A stretch of 41,703 bases of DNA from Catajapyx aquilonaris (taxonomy: Eukaryota): NCBI GenBank assembly GCA_000934665.2, contig JYFJ02000867.1:62001-103703 (forward strand), in the 5' to 3' direction. Positions 1 through 9,949 of this stretch are shown here, in pieces (the stretch's first letter is position 1; each line of letters begins with the position of its first letter). Position numbers and translations under genes: made by a program. The notes below the pieces were generated by a model. That model saw only the letters and a list, made by a program, of their open reading frames with translations, did no database searches and was not told the origin of the DNA.

Positions 1-345
1 GCTGGGCCAACCTCCTTAAATATCAATTATAAAGTCTCCAGGTTGAATCTATTGAACCAACCAAACCTATATATGTTAATTTTTAATTTTATGAAGAGTA
101 GTTTTGGTGGTTCTCATGACCTCGGGAAAAAGAGGCAGAGGGAGGATAATCAAAATGGGCCGTTATTGCTCGTAGGTTTAATGTACTCGCGGGGGAGTCC
201 ATTATGTGTTAATTACCAAATCGTTATGGCTGTGGTGAAACCGTTACACGCGTCACTCGTCAACTCTCATCTCACTGAAGTTGGTGCTGCACCACACAAT
301 TTACCCCTTGTTTTTTTAAACTCCATCCGAATGAACCCTATACGT

Positions 346-348
<3 letters not shown>

Positions 349-427
<79 letters not shown>

Positions 428-454
428 AATAATAATAATAATAATAATAATAAT
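349..454. repeat. Compound trinucleotide microsatellite (TAA)n(CAA)n(TAA)n
   Basis: Uninterrupted in-phase TAA run, then CAA run, then TAA run, read directly. Confidence 0.97.
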
Positions 455-504
455 CGGGTGCAATTTTTTGTGACTTTTGACGATTACATCACTTTTCAGA
501 AAAA

Positions 505-624
505 TCTTGCATATAAGTATATCAAAGGGAAAGTTTGTCTGTCAATGGCATCAAAACACGATGATTGACCATCGTTGATTACCATGGAAAAACAGGCCGT
601 GCGAAGAACGGGCTTCACTGCTAG
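505..624 (+). mobile_element. Miniature non-autonomous Helitron-like element
   Basis: 5' A|TC start followed by ...AAAGGGAAAGTTTGTCTGTC. 3' hairpin CCGTGCGAAGAACGGG (597-612), then CTAG|T at 621-625. The 16-bp hairpin block is identical to the reverse complement of part of 9771-9787. Confidence 0.7.
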
Positions 625-1229
625 TCTATGTAGGCTTTGTAAAAGGCAAAGTTTGTTGTTGTGAGGATAAATTTAACATGAATTTATTCGTCGCTTTTAG
701 GATGCAGTAAATTGTTTTTATTCTACGAAGATCGCATCAGAAAACGGACATAATTGTTTATCCAGTGTTTCATGTGGTTGGAAGATTCACCTGGACAGCT
801 TTGAGTCACCCTGTAGTTCGGGCGCGTTCATCAGACGACAAAACACGCTGCCAAAGCCGTGGAGGGTGCGTTCATTCGAAGACAAATAAAGCTTGATACA
901 CTTTCCCGGGTTGGTAAGAGCATCACATCAAGGAGGTTTCTTTTCTAAAGGTTTTTTGGCGAAAGAGAGAGAGAGAAAAAAATTCTGTCTGGATTCCTTG
1001 GGTCTCATTCTAGTTCTTGAGGATCACGTCTTTTTGTGTGTGGGTGGGTTGGGGAGGGTTAGAAGATTGGGCTTTGGCAGGCCCCACCCTCGAGAATTCG
1101 GGAAACCCTCTCCTGGAGTCTTGTGTGGGCTCCAAGCCAGCTTCCGGAGCACAAGGAATTCCGGGCCTTTCCACTTATACGGGGATTACACGGGGACCTT
1201 GTGGAGAGAAGCCTGCACCCAGACCTTTA

Positions 1230-1231
<2 letters not shown>

Positions 1232-1300
<69 letters not shown>
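1232..1300. repeat. (GA)n microsatellite, about 34 units
   Basis: Perfect GA run; explains the ERERER/SLSLSL ORFs. Confidence 0.98.
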
Positions 1301-1301
<1 letters not shown>

Positions 1302-2477
1302 CTTTGTTGTGATAAGCAAAGTGACACTGATCCGATAGAGCTCTCTCTGTGCTCAGGGTCGTGTCTTTCTGAGCTGCGGGGGCGGTTGGCTTGACGGATA
1401 CAATTGTTACTCGGGTTCTGATGTGGTGAGGGCATTAAACGGCATGGCGTATATCTGTCAAGGCCCGCTGGGTTCAGGCTCAGGTTGGTGTGACAAATTG
1501 TGACATGATTATAGAGGCTAATTTAAACTTCAGGTCTGCTACCTTACTCCTTTAAGTGACTGTGCAGTCGTGGAAAAGAGTAAGGTAGCAGAACTGATCG
1601 GGAATTAGCCTCCTGGACAGGCCAACAAATGTTATTGTGGCTTTGCCACGGTGAAATGCATTCGGACGCGCTCTCTGAGCTGGCCCACGCCTCCACCTCG
1701 ACTCCCTCCACTGCGCCGCGCAGGAAAGGCAGATCTGTGTCGTGTATATCGCAATGATGATCCAAATTACTGTTATTCGGTAGATGTTGTGAATGACATG
1801 GAATTTTTATGGGGTGTGAAAAAAGTCTGGATTTTTCCAGTGAACCGTGAGAGGAATTGAAACGTGTAGTTCAGCCCCGGATTCCCCCCAGTCCGGAGCT
1901 TCCCTGCTCTCCTCTTTCTTCAATAACAGTTGCCGGAGATTTTCCCCATCATTTCCCAGCGATTGTGCAATTAGCTCCGTTTTTGCCTCGTCGAGCTCGG
2001 GAACGAGGGACTTCCCCCCCATGGATTTGCACGTGGCTAAGGGGAGATCATGGCCTCTCTAAGCACCGGGTTCTATGGGAGGCCCCTACATTGTGACCTA
2101 CCCACAGGGCCTCTCTCTCTCTCTAAACTTACGTCAGAGTAGGGTCAGCTCAAATGGCCTGGGATCATCGATCAGGATTGATTAAAACTGGGGGTTGCAG
2201 TTTACATTGGAATCCTTTCTATTCAACACGCTGGATGTGTAAGAGGTGTCCTTGGCGGGGTAAATAGTGCGTGTCCTCACTTACAGGTCATTTGCTCTGA
2301 TTATACCGGAAGTGTTACTCCTGTACGCTATACAGTTATTGTCAGGGCTGTGTTTGCAATTTGCCTGCAGGTACTTAGGAATAAAGTTTATTGTAGTATA
2401 ATTAATAAGCATCTAATTATCAAAAATTGATGTTTCTATTTTGTATTTTGTTATTCAAGTGATGTCCCTCCAGGGGT

Positions 2478-2712
2478 TAAACAGAACAAAGAAGCAAACA
2501 GAAAATGTAGAAAACAACAAGCAAATAAAGAAATGTATTTATACAAGCAATAAACAACAATACACGAATAATAAATAAATGAACAAACATGTAAAATAGA
2601 AATACTACGCAAATAAAAATGGTGCAATTAGAGAGCCTCCAGTTGAGGCTCTCCAGTACAAATAACAAATAATGAATAAATAACTAACTAAATAAATATA
2701 AATAAATAAATA
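2478..2712. repeat. A-rich degenerate (AAAT/AAAC)n low-complexity tract
   Basis: Strong A skew with recurring aaat/aaac units. Confidence 0.7.
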
Positions 2713-3878
2713 ATCATCTTCCACAAAAGGGTGGGAGCCACAATTTCACTTTAAATTATGAACTGCACTTTTATGGCGATTTTGTATGTGAATCTCACGT
2801 TTAAGCAAAATTAAGCAAAGAAATTATCAAAATAAGTGATCATCACTTGCACTGCTCTTTATTTGAACCGAAAAAGGCAGAGGTTAACATTTCCACGGCC
2901 AAATGAACTTTGGAAATGGATGTGAAAAAAGAATAATAAAATGGTGTCGAGGGTGTGTTAGTTCATCAAAAAATCCATCCTTTTGTTGTAACTCACCCCC
3001 AAAGTCCTCAGTGTGCAAAAATCCTCTTCATGGAAAAATAAAAGAGGCCCCACATTATTAGGACTTGCATGGTCAGCGTTGCAAGGCTTTGAATGCGATT
3101 TGAACGCGCTTCACACGCCGCAGGTGTTGAACCGACATGGGACAATGGGTTTTTGGCAGAGAGGACTGGGATGCCATTCTTTCCGAGCGATTATGTGTGG
3201 GCCTTATTGCCAAAATATCTGGCATCCACACATTCAACACCTGCCTTTTTCCCTCTTTCCATATGTGTTGTATGTATGGAATGTAATTCGGGGAGAAAAT
3301 TCATCACAAAAAATGGCTTGGCACGAGTAATTCCTTCCATGTACGTTTGCTTCAAATAATTGGGATTATTTAATAGTTATAATAGGCTTACTTTTTGTGT
3401 CGGGTGGATAGACCCGTTTTTTTGGAACGTTGAGAGGTGTTATAGTCAAACCACATTTGCTAATGAAGCAACGGACAGGAGATGTGAGGAAAGTTCATTG
3501 GAGGTACCCCCCCCCCCTTCATTAATGCCGTTTTAATCAGGCTTTTCGCCTCATTAATTAGTGGAAGCTGGTATTTGGTATTCTTATTGAGTCCCGATCT
3601 GGAATTCAGAATCAGCCCAGTCAACTTGCTTGTTGGCATTTGCCACCCCACCCCAACCACCCACTTCAACCATCGGTACATGAATATGCGAATCGGATTG
3701 CTGCGGAATATATCCCTTTCAATGCTCGATTTGTCGGCTAAACTCGGGCCAGACGAGATAGTACATACAGTATGATCCAACATGCTTGTTGCTATTTTTA
3801 TACTAAGCTGCTACTCTTGCATTAGTGGTTGTAATATTAGCTGTATTCAAGGTTGCTATTGCTTTATGCAGTTGTGAT

Positions 3879-3940
3879 AACCTACCTCACCTTAACCCTA
3901 ACGCCTAACCCTAGCCTACAAATGAAACTAACCTAACCTA
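3879..3940. repeat. Degenerate (CCTAA/CCCTAA)n tract, probable remnant related to the 16478-16815 element
   Basis: cttaaccctaacgcctaaccctagcc...ctaacctaaccta. Shares the 13-mer CCTACAAATGAAA (3915-3927) with 16642-16654. Confidence 0.55.
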
Positions 3941-4001
3941 TGTTAAAAAGGTCTCATTCCCTATTATTATAATTATTAATTAATTATTCTCTCTTTGACA
4001 G

Positions 4002-4079
4002 GTGAGTCGTGCTACTGCATCAAAAAGTACCACTGGGAAGAAATATCATCGTTAGAGACCAGGAGGGATATCCTACAAG
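4002..4079 (+). other. Candidate 78-nt exon or recursive-splice exon (AG acceptor, GC donor)
   Basis: Acceptor ttctctctttgacAG ends at 4001. Donor AAG|GCAAGT at 4079/4080 matches the GC-AG consensus. Length is a multiple of 3 and one frame is open (ESCYCIKKYHWEEISSLETRRDILQ). I recognise no homology. Confidence 0.35.
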
Positions 4080-7011
4080 GCAAGTTATTCTCAATAATTA
4101 TTTTTATGATCACTGCCGCAATTCACAATGCACCACAAATTTTCTTCCTTGGCACAATAAAAAAAAATCAACGAAATTTCTGCATCAAATGCACATCGCA
4201 CATTTTCTCTTATGCTATATGGTTTTTGGCTAAGTTGTTTCACGCATGGAAACCGAGCACCTACAGGATTTTGAGTACATATTTTCTAGACAGCGGGCTG
4301 AGCAGCAATAGTCGGAGTCTGTCGTAAACCTTCTCTTTAATGGAGCTCCCCCCCAGCCTTTGAGAGGATGCGGGAGTTAAATTTTTTTTTTCTTCTTCTT
4401 CCTTTTTTTGTTTTTTTACGAAGAGAATATTGCTCCAGTGCAGCGTCGTCCATTTAACGTCAAATGGGTGGAAGGGTTACAGTGGAGACGGGGCTTTATT
4501 GCCGCCTAGGAAATGCTGGACTTCGTTAGTAAGGCGCTTGTTTACAGCTACTATGGGCTTGCATCTGATGACTGGCTTCAGTGTTTCGGGATTGATAACC
4601 CCCCCATTTCGCATGTTTATGCTCGGGGATGTTAGTTTTTGTGGCGAATCGTAAACCATAAAAGCAGGTGCAAGCATTGTCTTATGCAGTGCAGCCTAAA
4701 AAAGGTGCTCTTGTTTACAGGAATTAAAAATGGAAACAGTGTTGATAATGTGGGGTGTTTACGTGACTATTGTTTTTATCCGAACGTGTTTGTTAGGACA
4801 TGTCCATAATAATAGTGAAAATAACCAATCGTAAAACCAATTGTTTGCGGTTAGTATACCGATGTTTTCCGGGTGTGACATTATGCCACACTATAATTGC
4901 TCATGCACATTTCAGAGAGCTTGCAAATATTTTAACAATACAGCATGATTAGGGGGGCTTAATTTTTGGCCATGCCATGTCCATATTAAGCACAAATAAT
5001 GTTATACTTTTTTAAATAATATTGGGTGGTTTTTACTCTCACAGCACTCGCACCAAGTCTTTTTTTGCATGGAATGTGATTTTTAACTAAACAATCAATG
5101 TAATTTCTTATTAATGTGTATAAAACTTATGATAAATTAAGTCCGTATGCTGAAAAGTTTAACGTTCGACGATTTTTGGAAGAAAATGTTTTCACTTAAA
5201 AAAGAAAACCACTCCAAATGCGACTAATAGACCTACACCACTTGCGGCACTTAAATGAAAATACTTTATCCAAAAAGTCAAATTGCGTGAGCACAACTTA
5301 CCGTACGCAAAAAAGGACTCAGAATGTAATGTTACATACAGTGAATTACTCATAAAAGCATTATTCGTACAAGTTACTGTAGAATGTGCAACTGTTTCAG
5401 AGTTAGAATTATGAAAGTTTGCTCAAATCGACGTTTGATCATGCAATAATTCTTCTGAATTATTCATTATGCACCCCAAAAATTCATTAATCCGATTTCA
5501 TATTCCGCTGCCTTTTTTCGTATCCCCCCCAATAGTTCGAAAATCAGAATGTTGAGTTATTGTTAAAGTGAAAATGCCACGTGATCTGATATCAATGAAG
5601 GGTCTGATTTGTAAAATATTTAAACACTATTGGAATAATTCAACTTGAGATATTATCCCATGAATTATTGGGTTAAATTCAATTATTAAATAGTGCAAGA
5701 TATCAGCTGTGGCAATAGTGGAAACATTTAGCTCATAGTTGTGAGAATTTTCAATGATTCATAGTAAGATAGTGAAGGACTGAATACATTATCTGCAAAA
5801 AATGACACTTGGACCATAAATTTATTATTGGAGATATTTATAGAAAAGGTATAGAGTTGCAAACCACGATTACAGAGTTGGGAATGTGCAAATATAAGTT
5901 AATTTAAAACGAAAAAAATGGTAATATCAGAAGTGCTAGGGCCAATGATATGCTGCATATACAGTCTAACTGATTTTTTAAGACACATATTTTTAATTAA
6001 AACCAACGTTTGGCGAACTTGGCGGTTTCGCAATAATGCTGCGTAGTGTGACGTGACTTCAAAAAATGAGGTAGGCCCCGTTGCAATGAGACGTCTCATC
6101 AAGTTCATTAAACGTCAGTCGTGCCCAGGGACGCACAGTTTACAGAAGTTTGCCAAAATCATTACGGCATATTTGCTGCACATACTCAAATAATGAGGTA
6201 AGTTATTAATACAAAAATTAATCAGTGCAGTATACAGTGTCAGTTGAAATCTAAGCTGCTTAGTTTTGCTCAGTCTCTTTGGAAGTTTCAGCAGTTGAGT
6301 ATTATCTGCTGACATTAGTCCGTGTTTTTCCAGACTGTGAGTCGTACTGGAACAATTCGCAATACTTTGCAGCCTATAGTATACTCGACCCTTACAGTTA
6401 TTTTAAAATATTCCCATGCTAATATAAAAGCGGATTGTTTAGTGCAAAAAATTATTGCAAACTGCTTTACCCTTTCTGACAGCCATATTTTCCACAACAC
6501 TCAAGTGGTCTCCATTACAGTCTACTCAAGCATTGCTCTAATTAGCCCCAAAGACATTACCTCAAAATGTGGCGCGATCATAGTACAGCAGCAGTCTTGG
6601 TGCGCCTCTCAAACTTTTCTTACCCCGAGCTAAAGAAGTATGTTTGCGGCAAAATTTACATGGCGGAACTATGCGAATAAGCACAGTTAGGAATAGGGTA
6701 GGCAGCAGTAAATTTGCTGAAAACCGGGGGGTCTGGAATCGCAGCTCCGGTATATACTTGGGGGTAGAAGAGAAGGAGTTTTGGGAGAATAGAGGGGGAG
6801 GCAAGAGCGTAATTTCCATGAATTTCTTTACGGGGTAATAAAACTCGGAGAAAGTAGCACTTGGGACTAACAGATGGAGCGGGGCAAAGTGCGCTTGGGC
6901 TACTGCTGAGGGGGATAAACACTAGGACCAGACTTTTTGGGGGTCTTAGGTGTAGTCAAATGTAGCCGCCAAGGTTTACTTTGGTCACACAATCGGTGCC
7001 CTGTCCCCTCC

Positions 7012-7081
7012 GGACAGTGAAAGTACGTCTCACATACGCTAACGAGTCACCCAGGACAAAGGGACAGACGCAATTCCATTT
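7012..7081 (-). mobile_element. Fragment of dispersed Helitron-like family H
   Basis: tctcacatac...gagtcacccaggacaaa...cagacgcaattc resembles 16251-16350 and 22351-22430. Confidence 0.45.
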
Positions 7082-7084
7082 ACT

Positions 7085-7239
7085 TAACTCTCCCTAACCT
7101 GACCCTAACATAACCTAACCTTAGGGTTAGGTTAAGGTTGGGATAGGTTAGGGTTAGGCTGTGTTCGGTTAGTCTAACGCGTTAGACTATAACCTACCCC
7201 TAACCCTGACCTAATCCTGACCTAAACTTATAACCTAAC
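7085..7239. repeat. Telomere-like CCTAA/TTAGG array with internal inversion (C-rich, G-rich, C-rich)
   Basis: Stem TAACCTAACC (7111-7120) / GGTTAGGTTA (7125-7134) and perfect 20-bp palindrome TAGTCTAACGCGTTAGACTA (7170-7189) sit at the two strand switches. Confidence 0.85.
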
Positions 7240-8847
7240 TGATCACACGATTAAAAATATATGTTTCTAAACGTGGATTGACCTCTGTGTTTGTCTGATG
7301 TTGAATGTCCTGGCAATGGCACGCGCCTTTTTTTTGGCTCAAAAAATAAAATGTATTGAGCCATTTGTCAGAGGCGTCCGGGATCCCAGGGTTACGGACA
7401 ATCATGTGCATGTGTGGCCCTCCCCGGAATGATTCCCCGGAGCACTCTACTCTGCTCAGGGGCGAATTGCTGTGGCGGGCTGAATCCGGGACATATTCCG
7501 GAATCCAATTCCGTGATGTCCTTTCCCTCCCTTGCAAGCCAGCTATCTCAGCAGAATTCATCAGTATATTAGTCCGTCTCATCCTGAGAACTCAGCCGCA
7601 TTGACCGGCATTGGCGGAGAAAAATTGAAGTCACTATAACAGCATTGTAATTTAAATTGACGCTAATCAGTGGCATTGTTTGGCCTCTCCATATGTTTTT
7701 TATAGTGGCATTGTTTGTCAAGCTTAATTGACTTTTTTGGAGGGCTTACTACATGCAAATTACGCGTGGCGCAACAATGGCTGGTGTGTGTACCTCCCCT
7801 CGTGAAATGAATTTTTAATAGGTAAACTCTAGAGGTACTTTCTATCGCAAACCCATTTGTCTTGGAACTTGTTTGGTCCATAAATAAAAATTGCGCTTGA
7901 TAAGTGCACGGCTCGTATTGTAATAAAATTAACGAGACATATTAACGTGGCTTATGAGCAATGAACTGGGATCACAAGATTTACTGCTAGTAAAATGCAG
8001 TGACCTCGTATAGCTTTTGATGGATTTTGTGTTGCGCAGGGGGGAAAAAACACATTGAAGTAATGACAACCTCATTAAGTCATTGTGTAAAAGTATCGAG
8101 CAAGTGCACGTAAGAGATGAATAAACTCGAGTTTTTTTACTGCCAGGTTTTTATTGTCCCCCAGAGTACGTGACCACTTAGATCATTAACTGGAGGTCAG
8201 ATAATCGACGGTTTTAAGCAGGCGAAAATGACACTGCGGGAATCCTAAGCCTGAGGCCAAAGCGGTGTTAAAATTTCGTGCACTTTATCTGATAAATGAT
8301 GCAATGCAATAAATGAAGGTTAAGGTGGACAGAAGTCTGACAGGTAACACATTGTTTCACCTTCACTACTCTATAATTTCCATTTCCCCTTTCCATTTGG
8401 TTCTCCGCATTTGTAATCATTAGCCCAGATAGCTTCTGGCTTCTCTCTTTTCCTTCTTCCGTAAAAAATCTTAATCATCATACCGTTTTTAGGCAATTTG
8501 GTTACTCTAACTGGGGTTTAAAAATATGAAATCTGCTATTTTGCGTATGGTTCTAGCTTCATATTAATCAGGAATACCAACTAGTTAATTTTATCAGTGC
8601 TGAATTTGGCATCAATTGTAATGCCATTTTATTAATCATTATAATTTTTGTATTTGTTATTACTATATTTATAACGTTTCTGTTTATTAGACTATTATAT
8701 CATAATTTTTCATGTATAATTTTCATAATTTGTCTATTAATAATTTTTGTAACTTTCTCTTTATAATTTAAATAATTATCTGTGAAATTTTGATAATTTT
8801 CTACATAACTTATTTTTAAATAATTTGCTACGTAATATTATTTTTAT

Positions 8848-8942
8848 TTTCCTAGTTATTATTTTTTTATAAATTTCCTAGTTATTATCTTTTTATAAAT
8901 TTTCTAGTTATTGTCTTTTTATAAATTTCCTAGTTATTATTA
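8848..8942. repeat. 26-bp AT-rich minisatellite, about 3.6 copies
   Basis: Unit TTTCCTAGTTATTATCTTTTTATAAA; the (c/t)ctag core recurs at 8851, 8877, 8903 and 8929. Confidence 0.9.
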
Positions 8943-9759
8943 TTTATAACTTTTCTCTATATGAGTTACAATTATATTTGTTGCAATTAGTATTTTTTCT
9001 CGTCTCGTATACTTTACACACACCAGCAGACGATGATCAAAACGATCAGTTTTAGACCTATATATATTTTTTCGGTCCCATGGTCGAACCTTCAAAAAAA
9101 AAAGCTCAAAATTGGTCACAATTAGACCCATACAACGCGACCCCTGCACCTTCCGCCGAGAGAAATTAATGGCGGAGGGGCCAAAAATATCTTTTCCCGG
9201 GGTGAAGTTACAGCGTGAGAAAAATCGTTCCGGTTGGCACACGGCTTGTCTTTTGTCGAAGCGGTTCCGGTTTCTTAGGAAAAGCATCGCACACAATCGA
9301 TCCGGGGACAGAAGGATAGGACAGGGCTCCTTTTCAACCCTGCCAAAAAAATATAAAAAATCCTCCGTTGTTACAGTGGGGGTGGAAAGAATAATATGAA
9401 CTGGCCAGAGAGCCAGCAGTGCATCAAGAAAGTGGCATTTGGTTCGTGAATTGGGCTCTGGAAAAGTCATTTTTTTTCGTTTTTGTATTCGCAGCCGTTG
9501 GTGACACGCAACCTGATGAAAAAAAAGCGTGTTCAAAGAGAGCAGAATTATTGTGTCCATTTCGGACAGTGCCCCGTCCATACTGTCCGTCTTCACCAGG
9601 AGATAATAAACAGCTCACATGTCGCCCTTTCCTTCCTTTGAATTAGATTTCTATTATTTTCATGGAAATTAACCTGTAGTTTGCATGAACAACTGACCCG
9701 TAGAGAAAATATTAATCAATAAATCAATTAATTTTCTTCATTTCTTCCTTATTTATTTA

Positions 9760-9949
9760 CTAGCACGATACCCGTTCTTCGCACGGGAATTGAAGAATGG
9801 ACCCCGTTGCCATGGTGACCCGCTGCTATGGTGACCCATTGCCATGGTAACCCGTTGCCATGAGAGAAATAGGGGGGGGGAGGCGGTAGAGGGTAATGGG
9901 CAGTAAAGGGGAGGGGGCGTTAGGGGACAAACAAACAAACTTTCAAAGA
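9760..9949 (-). mobile_element. Complete non-autonomous Helitron-like element (about 190 bp)
   Basis: Minus strand reads A|TCTTTGAAAGTTTGTTTGTTTGTCC ... hairpin CCCGTGCGAAGAACGGG, 7 nt, CTAG|T. It sits between A9759 and T9950 in a (TTTA)n tract, consistent with A|T insertion without a TSD. Contains a 16-bp internal tandem repeat. Confidence 0.8.

Noticed and set aside
800..815. CACCCTG|TA mariner-like right terminus
   Set aside because: No convincing matching left TIR found upstream.
893..1435. Overlapping ORFs with ERERER/SLSLSL
   Set aside because: Artefacts of the stop-free (GA)n microsatellite.
8940..9596. Longest ORF (218 aa, minus strand)
   Set aside because: Non-ATG start, runs into an AT-rich repeat, and shows no recognisable domain or coding-like composition.
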